Of a stretch of 64,000 nt of DNA, positions 1 to 10,553 are shown one piece after another. The position numbers and the translations under genes were made by a program. The notes below the pieces were generated by a model that was not told the origin of the DNA, did no database searches, and saw nothing but the letters and a program-made list of their open reading frames with translations. Position 1 is the first letter of the stretch. The number at the start of each line of letters is the position of its first letter. Source of the stretch: an uncultured Aliarcobacter sp. (GTDB lineage: Bacteria > Campylobacterota > Campylobacteria > Campylobacterales > Arcobacteraceae); contig CAXXLV010000001.1 of the NCBI GenBank assembly GCA_963664305.2, positions 608,001 through 672,000 of the forward strand, read 5' to 3'.

Positions 1-1213
1 CATTTTTTTCACTCTCACCAATATACATTGATAAAATTTTTGAACAATCAAAACTAATAACCTCTTTTTTAAGTGATTTTGCAAGGGCAAGTGCTGTTAA
101 AGTTTTTCCAGTTCCTGCAACTCCATAAAAGATTATTTTAGCTTCAATTCCTTTTTTCTTATCTTTGATTCCCCAATGTTTTAATCTATTGATTACATTT
201 TTGTCAACTTGTTTTAAAAGAGCATCTAAAGTCTCTTTTGTTTTTTCATTTAAAATAACATCATCCAAACTTTTTGTTGTTGTTATTAACTCAAACATAT
301 CTTGTTCTTTGATTACTGTATCAAGTTTTATTTTTCCAACACTTGGACTTTTTTTAGTTGGATGAGAAATTTTATATAAAACTTCATCAGGAATATAAAA
401 ATTTCTATTAATCCCACCAAATGGAGTTAAAACCTCATCGTAATCAATTAAAGATTTCGAAACTAAAGTTGAACTCTCTTCTAATAAACTTCTATATTTT
501 ATCTTTTCATAATCATCACTAGAAATTAATTCAATTAAAGAGTTCATATCTCTTAAACTTCCATCTCCACCTGAATATTCCTCTTTTAATAAGGCTAAAA
601 ATAGAGTTTGTTCTTGTTCATTTAAGCCATTGTCTTTAAAAAAGTCTTCAAGCATTATAGAGTTATTTGTAACTTTAATTCTCTCTTTTATTCTATTTTC
701 CAATAAAAGTAATTTTGATTTTAATCTATTTGAACTAGGACTATTTACATCAAAGTTTTTTCTAACTACATTTAATTGTTGAGCTAAATCTATTCTAAAA
801 AATTGGTCTTGTAAATATTCCAAATGGTCACTATAATTTTTAATTTCAGGAAGAACAAAATCATTACTTCCATTTTCCAACATTTTTAAATATGCACTAG
901 AAAGAGAAACACTTGAGTTTATAAGCTCTAATTTTGAAACTTCACTAAGTTTTACTTGGTCAAATGAAACTTGAACTAACCATCCAAACTCTAAAAGAGA
1001 TTTAATCAAATCCAATTTTTCTAAATGCTTATAATTTTTTATATCATAAAACTCAGCCAAAATATCAATTACGCCTAAAGTATCTCTACCATTTACATAC
1101 TCTTTTGACATAAATTGTAAAATTTTTGCCTCTTCTGCAGAACATTTTAATTGTGCAAAAAAGTTTGTCTTCTCAACATCAGCTGCTTTTATAAAATTAA
1201 TTACTTCTTTCAT
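1..1213 (-). CDS. AAA+ family ATPase (3' end runs off window)
   Basis: Not in the ORF track; translated by hand at both ends. ATG at 1213 follows GGAG (MKEVINFIKAADVEK...). Near the edge, IIFYGVAGTGKT (Walker A) and SKILSMYIGESEKN. Confidence 0.85.
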   Translation of the reverse strand, partial: MKEVINFIKAADVEKTNFFAQLKCSAEEAKILQFMSKEYVNGRDTLGVIDILAEFYDIKNYKHLEKLDLIKSLLEFGWLVQVSFDQVKLSEVSKLELINSSVSLSSAYLKMLENGSNDFVLPEIKNYSDHLEYLQDQFFRIDLAQQLNVVRKNFDVNSPSSNRLKSKLLLLENRIKERIKVTNNSIMLEDFFKDNGLNEQEQTLFLALLKEEYSGGDGSLRDMNSLIELISSDDYEKIKYRSLLEESSTLVSKSLIDYDEVLTPFGGINRNFYIPDEVLYKISHPTKKSPSVGKIKLDTVIKEQDMFELITTTKSLDDVILNEKTKETLDALLKQVDKNVINRLKHWGIKDKKKGIEAKIIFYGVAGTGKTLTALALAKSLKKEVISFDCSKILSMYIGESEKN

Positions 1214-1220
1214 TTATCTC

Positions 1221-1565
1221 CTATAATTTCTCTTTTAGTTTTCCTAAAAAAAGGTTTAAATCATTTTTATCTCTAAACTCTAAAACAAAATCTTCTACTA
1301 AAATTTTTGTCTCTTTTGTGTCAATATTTTTAATATCTTTGTATTTTATAGTTTTTGAATTTTTATCTATATCAACAATAAAACTATTATCTATTTCAAC
1401 TAAGCTATCTTCACATAAAGCCTTATATGAACCTCGTGAATAAACATATTCTTTGCAATTACTGTTCTTTAAATATTCTTCAATTTTATCTAAATTAGAG
1501 TGGTTATGAACATTTAAAGAGATGACTACAATTGCAATTACTAGAAACAATCCAATAAAAATCAT
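1221..1565 (-). CDS. Hypothetical protein with N-terminal membrane anchor
   Basis: 114-aa ORF, AAGGAAG RBS, hydrophobic N-terminus. Confidence 0.7.
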   Translation of the reverse strand: MIFIGLFLVIAIVVISLNVHNHSNLDKIEEYLKNSNCKEYVYSRGSYKALCEDSLVEIDNSFIVDIDKNSKTIKYKDIKNIDTKETKILVEDFVLEFRDKNDLNLFLGKLKEKL

Positions 1566-1665
1566 TTAAACTTCCTTTAAATTTAATATAATACAGCAAC
1601 ATCTCTTAACTACAAATGAATAAAAAAATGCTAAAATGCACCACATATTAATAAAAAGGAATGTT

Positions 1666-2280
1666 ATGTTTAAGCAAATTACTTATTTTGCAAAATTTTC
1701 TCTACTTCTTTTTTTACTAAATGGTTGTTCAAGCCATAATGAAGCGATGAAAGTTTTGCCAAATGAATTATCTATTGCAGATGATTGTAGAAATCCAAAT
1801 AAACAATTTGAAATGGATTGTTATGATTTAATTTCTTACAAAAATAGTTTTGCCCAATTAAGACTTGGTTTATATGCTCAATATAAAGGTAATTTCCAAG
1901 AAGCATTCCAAAGATACAATCTTGCAAAAGAAAAAGGTAACTTCTATGCAAATTCATTAATTGCTGATTTATACAATAATGGCTTTGGTGTAAATAAAGA
2001 TGAAGATAAAATGATTGATTTACTAGAAGATGTAAAAAATGTTGACCCTGTTGCAGCATTTAAATTATCATTTTATTATTTATCAAAAGATAAGGTTAAA
2101 GAGGCTTTAGAGCTACTTACTTATGCAGCTGAAAATGGTGTTAAAGATGCTCAAAATCAATTAGCTATTATTTACTCAAATGGTCAATATATTGAACCAG
2201 ATTTAGAAAAAAGTTCTTATTGGAATACCCAACATGAAGAGGGAACTGAAAATTTTATAAATAAAATATATGGAATATAA
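1666..2280 (+). CDS. SEL1-like repeat lipoprotein
   Basis: Start moved to ATG 1666 (AAGGA RBS). Lipobox LLNGC; SEL1 motifs (IADLYNNGFGVNKD, AQNQLAIIYSNG). Confidence 0.8.
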   Translation: MFKQITYFAKFSLLLFLLNGCSSHNEAMKVLPNELSIADDCRNPNKQFEMDCYDLISYKNSFAQLRLGLYAQYKGNFQEAFQRYNLAKEKGNFYANSLIADLYNNGFGVNKDEDKMIDLLEDVKNVDPVAAFKLSFYYLSKDKVKEALELLTYAAENGVKDAQNQLAIIYSNGQYIEPDLEKSSYWNTQHEEGTENFINKIYGI

Positions 2281-2928
2281 ATGTTAAAACAAATTATGCT
2301 TTCAATTAGTGCTGTTTTTTTATTTACAGCATGCTCGTTTAAAATGCCAAGTTTTGACTTGTTTTCTTTTTCAGATTCAGATGATTATGCTGAGTTATTA
2401 AAAGAAGCAAATAGTTGTCAAGAAATTGAAAATGAAGAAACAAAATTAAGTTGTTATAAAAAAATAGAAAATAAAAATTCATTTGCTCAAATTAGATTAG
2501 GAACTTATTACGCAAATAAAAAAGAGTATAAAGACGCTTTAAAATATCTAAACCAAGCAAAAGAGAATGAAAATGTTTATGCAAATCTTCCTATTGCCTT
2601 TTTATATTATAAAGGTGATGGTGTTACAAAAAATTTAGATAAATCTTTTGAATTATTAAAAGAATCAAGTGATATTGACCCAATTGCAGCTTATCAATTA
2701 TCAAGATTTTATCTGCAAGGTATTAACACTAAAGTTGATAATGAAAAAGGTATAGAATTATTAAATTTTGCTGCATCAAAAAATGTTCGTCCAGCACAAG
2801 AAATTCTTATTAATGCTTATAAAACAGGATTATTTAGCCAACCTAAAGACCAAGTAAAAGTTGAATTCTGGCAGAAAAAAATCAAAGAAAATGTAGAAGA
2901 TACTAATTATAAAATTTACAAATTCTAA
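2281..2928 (+). CDS. SEL1-like repeat lipoprotein (paralogue of upstream gene)
   Basis: Lipobox LFTAC; SEL1 motifs (LYYKGDGVTKNLDKS, AAYQLSRFYLQG). Confidence 0.8.
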   Translation: MLKQIMLSISAVFLFTACSFKMPSFDLFSFSDSDDYAELLKEANSCQEIENEETKLSCYKKIENKNSFAQIRLGTYYANKKEYKDALKYLNQAKENENVYANLPIAFLYYKGDGVTKNLDKSFELLKESSDIDPIAAYQLSRFYLQGINTKVDNEKGIELLNFAASKNVRPAQEILINAYKTGLFSQPKDQVKVEFWQKKIKENVEDTNYKIYKF

Positions 2929-2937
2929 AAAATAGAT

Positions 2938-3516
2938 TTACTTTTTTTCCAAACCATGGAAAAAAAGTTCTATTGTATCTCTTACTATATTTTTTGTATC
3001 ATATTTTTCAATCAAATAACTCTCAATAAATCCATCTGATAACTTTTTAAATAGTGTTGATATATGTTTATAATTCATATTTTCATTTGGGTACATTTTT
3101 TTAAATTGTCTTATTAAATACTCATAAATTTCATCAACTATTTTATGATTTGAAATATCTAATTTATGGAAAAAATATGGGTCATTTGTCAAAGTTTCAT
3201 CTCTATTTTTATCTATTTGAATAAAAATCTCATATTTACAAGCAAGATAAAGTTCTAAATTCTCTTTTGGATTAGAAGTCTCTTTCTCTTTTAATTTCTC
3301 TAAAAAATTTTGTAGTTTTAAAATCAAATACTCTAAATATAAATCATCTTTAGAATTAAAAAGATTGTAAATAGTTCCAACCGATGTTTCTAACTCTTTT
3401 GCCAAATGTGATATCTTAAAATTTTTATAACCACTTTTATCAAAATAATCAGCTGCAGCTTTTAAATATAAATCTTTTTTAACTTTGTTTAATTCATCAT
3501 TTATTTTATTTTTCAT
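2938..3516 (-). CDS. TetR/AcrR family transcriptional regulator
   Basis: N-terminal HTH AAADYFDKSGYKNFKISHLAKELETSVGTIYNLFNSKDDL. Confidence 0.9.
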   Translation of the reverse strand: MKNKINDELNKVKKDLYLKAAADYFDKSGYKNFKISHLAKELETSVGTIYNLFNSKDDLYLEYLILKLQNFLEKLKEKETSNPKENLELYLACKYEIFIQIDKNRDETLTNDPYFFHKLDISNHKIVDEIYEYLIRQFKKMYPNENMNYKHISTLFKKLSDGFIESYLIEKYDTKNIVRDTIELFFHGLEKK

Positions 3517-3655
3517 TTATATCCATATTTTTATTGCGATTATAATTTATTTATTATTAAAAGCAAGAATGAACAATAACTAATATTTTGAACTTAATTC
3601 ATTATTAAGGATATTTGATTTAAAATCCATTTCACTTTAAAAACCTAGGATTATA

Positions 3656-4273
3656 ATGAATTTAAATCCACAAATAAAAATCAAACTTCTAAGAGATATA
3701 AAAACTGACGCACTTTTAATTTATATTAAAACAGTTATTGAAGAACTTCTTGAAAACATAAAAAAAAATGATTATCAAATTGATTTAGGATATGAAGATT
3801 TTAATAAAGAGATAGAAGAGAATATAAGAAATCTAAACAATGAATTGAGTTTAACAATTATCAATGCGTATGAACTAAAAGCTTTTATTTCGTATCAACA
3901 ATTCAAAAATAAAAACAATAAACTTTTACCAAATGATGAAGCTCTTATTTTTTATTATAATGCACTTGTAAAACAAATTGAAAGTCACTTAATTGAAGGT
4001 GCACTTTGGATTCCTGAACAAATCATCTTATCACTACTTAGTGAATGGATTTTGGAAGAAGAAAAATGTATAGATTTTTACCCTTTTCTAAAAAACTTTG
4101 ATTATTTAAAACTACTTAGTTTTTATGAAATAGCAAGAAACAATGAGCAAAATCCACATCTAAGAGAAAATATCACTAAAATGTATAAAATCTCTTCTTC
4201 TATGATTGATAAACTAAAAAATAGTAAATACAAAATAAATACTACAAGAAAATCAAAGGTAAGAAAAAAATGA
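3656..4273 (+). CDS. Hypothetical protein
   Basis: 205-aa ORF with AGGA RBS; ATGA overlap with the SulP gene. Confidence 0.7.
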   Translation: MNLNPQIKIKLLRDIKTDALLIYIKTVIEELLENIKKNDYQIDLGYEDFNKEIEENIRNLNNELSLTIINAYELKAFISYQQFKNKNNKLLPNDEALIFYYNALVKQIESHLIEGALWIPEQIILSLLSEWILEEEKCIDFYPFLKNFDYLKLLSFYEIARNNEQNPHLRENITKMYKISSSMIDKLKNSKYKINTTRKSKVRKK

Positions 4274-5895
4274 AAAACAACATCTTATCTGGATTAACAG
4301 TTGGAATTATTGCACTTCCTTTGTCAATGGCTTTAGCAATTGCAACAGGAGTTCCACCTCAACTTGGACTTTATACAGCAATAATTGCAGGAGTATTTGC
4401 TGCTGTATTTGGAAGTAGTAAAATAAATATATCAGGACCAACAGCAGCTTTTGTAGTTATTTTAATCCCTATAGTTCAACAGTTTGGAATAACTGGACTT
4501 TTACTTTGTGGATTGTTATCTGGAATAATTTTAGTTTTAATTGGTGTTTTAAAATTAGGTACTTTAATAGAATTAATTCCATATCCTGTAACTGTAGGTT
4601 TTACTTCTGGAATTGCTGTTGTAATTGCAACTTTTCAAATAAAAGATTTTTTTGGTTTAAATATTGCAAATTTTGAAGGAAATTATTTAGACAAAATATA
4701 TTTAATATTTAGCTCATTTCACACTATTAGTTTTGATGAACTTTTTACAGGAGTTTTAACTCTTGTTTTACTAATTTTATGGCAAAAAACAAAAAGTAAA
4801 ATTCCTGCTGCATTAATTGCTCTTTTATTTTCAACAATGATTGTAACTTTTTTAAATATTTATATTCCAAATATTGATATTGCTACAATATCATCAACTT
4901 TTCATTATAAAATTGGTGAACTTGAAGGAAATGGTATTCCTCCAATTCCACTACAATTTTCTCTTCCTTGGTCTTTTTTAAAACCTGAAGAGATAAATTT
5001 TGATTTAATTTATAAACTTCTTCCCCATGCAATTGCAATATCAATATTAGGAGCTTTAGAATCACTTTTATGTGCAGTTATTAGTGATGGTATGACAGGA
5101 AATAAAACTAATCCAAACAAAGAGTTAATTGGTCAAGGAATTACAAATATTGTTGTTCCTTTTTTTGGAGGAATTCCAGCAACTGCTGCAATTGCAAGAA
5201 CAGTTGTAAATATTAAAGCAGGTGCTACTTCAAAAGAATCATCTATAGTTCACTCTTTATTCATTTTAGTAGCAATTACTTTTATATCAACATATCTTTC
5301 ATATTTACCTATGGCTTCACTTTCAGCACTTTTATTAATGGTTGCTTGGAATATGTCAGAAGTTAAACACTTCATAAATATTTTAAAAGTTGCTCCAAAA
5401 AATGATGTTTATGTATTACTTACTTGTTTTATTTTAACAGTTTTAATAGATATGCAAGTTGCAGTTGCAGTTGGAATTGGGCTTGCCTCAATTTTATTTA
5501 TAAAAAGAACTATCGACTTATATTCTATTGAATTAGTAAATACAAAAAATTTAACTGTTCATCCAGATATACCTGAAAATATCTCTATTTATGATATCAA
5601 TGGACCAATGTTTTTTGGAGCAGCTCAAAATGCTTTAAAGACTCTTTTAAATTCAAATGAAGATACAAATATAGTTATTCTAAATATGAAAAATGTAACT
5701 ATGATAGATATGACAGCAATGGTTGCACTTAAATCAATAATTGATAATTTTAAAAATAGAAAAAAGAATTTAGTTTTTTGTGGAATAAATAATAGAATAT
5801 TAAAAAAATTAGAAAAAGCAAATTTCAAATTTAATGAAGAATACGAAAACTTTTCATCATTAGATGATGCCATAACATTTGCAAAACTTTTGTAG
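4270..5895 (+). CDS. SulP/SLC26 anion transporter with STAS domain (DauA/YchM-like)
   Basis: GLTVGIIALPLSMALAIATGVPPQLGLY, GPTAAF, ELIGQG, GGIPATAAIART; STAS motif INGPMFFGAA...IDMTAM. Confidence 0.92.
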   Translation: MKNNILSGLTVGIIALPLSMALAIATGVPPQLGLYTAIIAGVFAAVFGSSKINISGPTAAFVVILIPIVQQFGITGLLLCGLLSGIILVLIGVLKLGTLIELIPYPVTVGFTSGIAVVIATFQIKDFFGLNIANFEGNYLDKIYLIFSSFHTISFDELFTGVLTLVLLILWQKTKSKIPAALIALLFSTMIVTFLNIYIPNIDIATISSTFHYKIGELEGNGIPPIPLQFSLPWSFLKPEEINFDLIYKLLPHAIAISILGALESLLCAVISDGMTGNKTNPNKELIGQGITNIVVPFFGGIPATAAIARTVVNIKAGATSKESSIVHSLFILVAITFISTYLSYLPMASLSALLLMVAWNMSEVKHFINILKVAPKNDVYVLLTCFILTVLIDMQVAVAVGIGLASILFIKRTIDLYSIELVNTKNLTVHPDIPENISIYDINGPMFFGAAQNALKTLLNSNEDTNIVILNMKNVTMIDMTAMVALKSIIDNFKNRKKNLVFCGINNRILKKLEKANFKFNEEYENFSSLDDAITFAKLL

Positions 5896-5913
5896 TTTAA
5901 AAGTAAAACTCTT

Positions 5914-6135
5914 TTAAACTACACTATCTACTTCAAAATGGAAATAGTCCTCAATATTACTTGAAAGAAAATCAACATAATCTTTTGAAATTATCTCATA
6001 ATTCAAAGCTATTAGCTCATTTAAAAGACTAACCTTTTTATAATCTTGAGATAACAACTTTGGGAATTTTTGACTTAATTCTTTTACTGTAATTACAGTA
6101 TCTAAATAATCATTTGGATTAAATGGCTTTTTCAT
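5914..6135 (-). CDS. Small hypothetical protein
   Basis: 73-aa ORF with AAGGT RBS. Confidence 0.6.
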   Translation of the reverse strand: MKKPFNPNDYLDTVITVKELSQKFPKLLSQDYKKVSLLNELIALNYEIISKDYVDFLSSNIEDYFHFEVDSVV

Positions 6136-6183
6136 TAATTTACCTTAAATTTTAAAAAGCCTATACATTTCCTATTCCCTAAA

Positions 6184-7029
6184 TTAATTTTCCACTAAAT
6201 CATATAAAGCTTTAATCTCTTGTGCCCAAATCTCTTCATTTATTGTTTCAAGAACTAACGGTATATCATCCATTCTATCATCATTCATTATAAATTTAAA
6301 AGCATCCCATCCAATTTGTCCACATCCTAAACTATCATGTCTATCTACCCTACTTCCAAGTTCAGGTTTAGAATCATTTATGTGCATTCCCATTAAATAG
6401 TTTCTACCTACAATTTCGTCAAAAAGGTTCCATGTTTTATCATAAGTTTCTCTTGTTCTTATATCATAACCAGCTGTAAACATATGACATGTGTCTATAC
6501 AAACGCCTACTCTACTCTTGTCTTCAATTTTATCAATTATGTAAGCTAAATGTTCAAACTTATATCCAAGATTACTTCCTTGACCTGCTGTGTTTTCAAT
6601 CACTAGTTTTACATCTTTTGTAGCATCAATTGCTCTGTTCATTGATTCTGCAATATTGTTTAAACACTCATCTTCAGATATCTTTCTTAAATGTGAACCT
6701 GGATGAAAATTTAATCTATCTAAACCTAAAATTTCACATCTTTCTAATTCATGAATAAAACTATCTAAAGACTTTGCTCTTGCATCAGTTTCAGGATGCC
6801 CTAAATTTATTAGATAACTATCATGAGGTAAGATATGTTTTGGTTGAATTTTTGATTTTTCTAATTCTTTAAACCATTTATCTATAGTTTTACTATCTAA
6901 CTCTTTAGCTGTCCATTGTCTTTGATTTTTTGTAAAAAGAGCAAAAGCTTTTGCCCCAATTTCAACTGCATTAATTGGTGCATTATAAACTCCACCACTT
7001 GCACTTACATGAGCTCCAACAAATTTCAT
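6184..7029 (-). CDS. nfo: Endonuclease IV
   Basis: [46 protein letters not shown]. Confidence 0.97.
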   Translation of the reverse strand: MKFVGAHVSASGGVYNAPINAVEIGAKAFALFTKNQRQWTAKELDSKTIDKWFKELEKSKIQPKHILPHDSYLINLGHPETDARAKSLDSFIHELERCEILGLDRLNFHPGSHLRKISEDECLNNIAESMNRAIDATKDVKLVIENTAGQGSNLGYKFEHLAYIIDKIEDKSRVGVCIDTCHMFTAGYDIRTRETYDKTWNLFDEIVGRNYLMGMHINDSKPELGSRVDRHDSLGCGQIGWDAFKFIMNDDRMDDIPLVLETINEEIWAQEIKALYDLVEN

Positions 7030-7343
7030 AATTTTTCCTATTTTTTTTTGATAATTTTGTAATATTTTTTGATGAATATATATTCATAAGTTTTTATGAT
7101 TATATTTAAAAGTAACATTTATAAACATTAGCCATTAAATTTTTCAACTTTTCTCAATTTTTATATTATCCTAAAAAGGCTAAGTATAGAATTATCAATA
7201 ATTTATTATATGCTATATGTAGGCTATAAATTTTTTGTAAAATTTCAAACAAAATATACTAAAAATGTTATTATTGGGAACAAAAAATGCAAAATCTAAA
7301 ATTTTGCAAGGAATTAAATAAAATTGTTAAAAGGTGAATCTTT

Positions 7344-8546
7344 ATGAAGAAAGTTGTAATTATTGGTGGTGGTTATGCAGGAATATATGCATTAAGAGAG
7401 TTGGTGAAGAATAAAAATATAAAAATTACATTGATTGATAAACATACATATCATAACTTACAACCCGAAGTTTATGATTTAATTGCAAATAAATCAACAT
7501 TTGCAGATGTTACAATCGATTTAACTACTTTATGTAGAGGGTTTAATCATAACCATTTAGAATTTAAAAACTTAAAAGTTCGAAAAATTGACCAACATGC
7601 TAAAAAAATATATACAGAAGAACAAGAAATTGTTGAATTCGACTATTTGATTATGGCAGCAGGAACAAGAACTTTCTTCCCTTCAAGTATTCCTGGTCTT
7701 AACAATGCAGATGACATAAAAAAACTTCATAGAGCAATCACATTTAAACAAAGTTTTGAAAGACAACTTTTTGAAAAAATTAGAGATGAAGCAAAACAAT
7801 GTGCAGATACACATATCGTTGTAGTTGGAGCTGGACTTTCAGGAGTTGAAATTGCAGCTGAAATGGCTTACTATTCAAATAAATTTTTCGAAAGGGGAAA
7901 TTTCTCTTGCGACAATTTAAAAATCTCAATCATCAGTAGTTCAGCATCTATTCTTCCTGGATTAAAACAAGAGCTTATAAATATTTCTCAACAAAGATTA
8001 AGAGCATTAGGAATAAATATTATCACAAATACTAAACTTCAAAAAGTTGAAGATGGTTACTGTATCTTATCTAATGGAACAAAAATCAATCACTCATTTG
8101 TTGTATTTACAGGAGGGGTTGAAGCTTCAACTATTACATCTGAACTTGATGATGTTGCAAAAAATGGTAGAGGTCAAATCATTGTTAATGAATATATGCA
8201 AACAGATAAATATGAAAATATTTTCGCTATTGGAGATATTGCAGAGATTAGAAATCTTCAAGGTGAAATTATGCCTCCAAATGTTACTGTTGCAAGAATC
8301 AGTGGAACAAATGCAGGTAAAAACGTATTAAATATGATAAATAGTAAATCTTTACAAAAATGTGATCCAAAACTTGATGGTATTTTAATTGCTCTTGGTG
8401 GGCAATATGCAGCAGGTGATATTTACGGATTATTAACTGTAAAAGGAAGACTTGCTTACGAAATTAAAAAATATGTATTTAGTTCATATAGAAAACCTTT
8501 AATTAAATTAATCAAAAAAGGTTATGCAAAACTTAAAAAATTGTAA
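7344..8546 (+). CDS. NAD(P)/FAD-dependent oxidoreductase, type II NADH dehydrogenase-like
   Basis: Two Rossmann motifs, IIGGGYAG and VVGAGLSGVEIAAE; FAIGD. Confidence 0.85.
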   Translation: MKKVVIIGGGYAGIYALRELVKNKNIKITLIDKHTYHNLQPEVYDLIANKSTFADVTIDLTTLCRGFNHNHLEFKNLKVRKIDQHAKKIYTEEQEIVEFDYLIMAAGTRTFFPSSIPGLNNADDIKKLHRAITFKQSFERQLFEKIRDEAKQCADTHIVVVGAGLSGVEIAAEMAYYSNKFFERGNFSCDNLKISIISSSASILPGLKQELINISQQRLRALGINIITNTKLQKVEDGYCILSNGTKINHSFVVFTGGVEASTITSELDDVAKNGRGQIIVNEYMQTDKYENIFAIGDIAEIRNLQGEIMPPNVTVARISGTNAGKNVLNMINSKSLQKCDPKLDGILIALGGQYAAGDIYGLLTVKGRLAYEIKKYVFSSYRKPLIKLIKKGYAKLKKL

Positions 8547-8736
8547 TTTCTACTTACAATTAAAAGTAAAGTAAAATATCAATATCTATTGATATTTACT
8601 ACTTTTTATAAATCAACTTTTGATAAAAATCTAAAAAAATCACATAAATTATATAAAAATTACACATTTTATTACAGAAATTAAAAAAACAAGTGATAGA
8701 ATTAAGATTAACTTAATAAAAAAACAAAGAGGTATT

Positions 8737-10083
8737 ATGCATAAAAATAGGTTTACTAGGATTGGATTCATTCTTGCAGCTGCAGGAAGTGCAGTTGGAC
8801 TTGGAAATATTTGGAAGTTTCCCTATATTACAGGTGAAAATGGAGGAGGAATTTTTGTTTTAGTTTATCTTGCAACTGTATTCTTTATAGGAATGTCAAT
8901 ATTCATTGCGGAAGTTTTATTGGGAAGCCTAACAAATAAAAATGCAGTAAGTGCCATCGAAACTTTATCACCACCACAAAAGAAATATTGGAAATATACT
9001 GGTTTTACCTTTCTAACAGGTATTTTTATATTAACTTTTTATCCTGTTGTAATTGGTTGGATTTTTAACTATATGGTTGTTTCTGTAAGTTCTTTACCTA
9101 CAAGTTTTAAAGAATCAGAAAATCTTTTTATGTCTTTTCTAAAAAATGATATTTTATCTCAAATATTTTATTACACTCTTACTTGTTTACTTATTGCATA
9201 TACTATTTCAAAAGGTGTTAAAAAAGGAATTGAAAAATTAAATAATATCTTAATGCCATCTTTGATTTTTATTTTAACGATTTTACTTATTTACTCTATT
9301 CAACTTGATGGATTTTATAAAGCTATAGAGTTCATGTTTTATCCTAATTTTGAAAAATTTAAATCAAGTTCAATAATAGTTGCCGTTGGTCATGCATTTT
9401 TTACTTTATCAATTGGTATGGCTACAATCTTAACTTATGCAGCATCTCTTGATAAAAATGTAAATATTGTAAAAGCATCAATTACTGTTGTTATTATGGA
9501 TACTTTGATTGCAATTATTGCAGGTCTTATAATCTTTTCTATCATCTTTACAGCAAATCAAGAACCAGGGAAAGGTGCTGGTTTAGTATTTATTACACTT
9601 CCAGCAATTTTTAATGAAATGGGAACAATAGGAATTTGGTTAGCTCTTTTATTTTTTATTGCACTTGCATTTGCAGCTATTACATCTGCAATTTCTATAT
9701 TAGAACCAACAGTTATGTATTTAGTTGAAAGAAGAAATATGTCAAGAAAAAATGCAACTTATAGCGTAGCTTCAGTTGCTTATGTTTTAGGACTTTTAGC
9801 ACTATTATCAAATACAGATTCTTTTTCAACTAGTTTAACATTTGGTAGTAAAAATCTTTTTGATTGGTTTGACTTTATAAGTTCAGCTATATTAATGCCT
9901 ATTGGAGGAATTTTAATAGCAATATTTGTGGGATACATCCTTAATAAAGAAGTTTCAAGAAATATTCTTGTTCCTTTTATGGGTGAAAAATATTACAAAG
10001 TTTGGCTATTTACGATGAAATTTGTAGCTCCTATTTCTATTTTTGTTTTAATGTTAAATGAAATGGGAATTATTAAATTTTAA
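8737..10083 (+). CDS. Sodium-dependent transporter (NSS/SNF family)
   Basis: GSAVGLGNIWKFPY, GGGxF, FFTLSIG, GAGLVF. Confidence 0.93.
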   Translation: MHKNRFTRIGFILAAAGSAVGLGNIWKFPYITGENGGGIFVLVYLATVFFIGMSIFIAEVLLGSLTNKNAVSAIETLSPPQKKYWKYTGFTFLTGIFILTFYPVVIGWIFNYMVVSVSSLPTSFKESENLFMSFLKNDILSQIFYYTLTCLLIAYTISKGVKKGIEKLNNILMPSLIFILTILLIYSIQLDGFYKAIEFMFYPNFEKFKSSSIIVAVGHAFFTLSIGMATILTYAASLDKNVNIVKASITVVIMDTLIAIIAGLIIFSIIFTANQEPGKGAGLVFITLPAIFNEMGTIGIWLALLFFIALAFAAITSAISILEPTVMYLVERRNMSRKNATYSVASVAYVLGLLALLSNTDSFSTSLTFGSKNLFDWFDFISSAILMPIGGILIAIFVGYILNKEVSRNILVPFMGEKYYKVWLFTMKFVAPISIFVLMLNEMGIIKF

Positions 10084-10101
10084 ATAAAAGATTAGATTTT
10101 T

Positions 10102-10488
10102 CTAATCTCTTATTATTTTTATAAAAACTCCATTTTCTTTATCTTTAAAAGAGACTTCCTTTTGATTTCTTTCAAATAACTCTTTTAAAAAATTATCAGG
10201 ATAAGATGAAGCTAAGTTCTCTTTATTAAATGTCTTTAAATCTTGACATTTAAAAGTACTTCTACAAACTCTATCATCATAAATTTTCATATCTAATATG
10301 GCTGTTCCTGCATTAAATATTTGTACTTGGGTATACTCTTTATATTTAAAAATAAAACCTTTATCATAAAATTTCATTTGAGGAGTTTTTATTAAAATTG
10401 TTGCACTTGAAGTTAATTGTGGTTGATTTGAACTAAAACAACCTGTAAATAATATTAGTGAAAAAATCACAAAAAATAAATTTCTAAT
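10102..10488 (-). CDS. Hypothetical lipoprotein (start probably ATT 10488; alternative GTG 10470)
   Basis: Lipobox LFTGC; AAAGGA lies 6 nt before an in-frame ATT. Confidence 0.7.
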   Translation of the reverse strand: MRNLFFVIFSLILFTGCFSSNQPQLTSSATILIKTPQMKFYDKGFIFKYKEYTQVQIFNAGTAILDMKIYDDRVCRSTFKCQDLKTFNKENLASSYPDNFLKELFERNQKEVSFKDKENGVFIKIIRD

Positions 10489-10553
10489 AGCTAATCCTTT
10501 GTTTTGAAAACTTTTACTATAATTATATCAAATTATATAATTAAAGGAATTTT

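Noticed and set aside
165..365. Short antisense or alternate-frame ORFs across the window (e.g. 165-365, 1772-2059, 18914-19393, 57187-57471)
   Set aside because: Shadows of well-supported genes with no recognisable motifs
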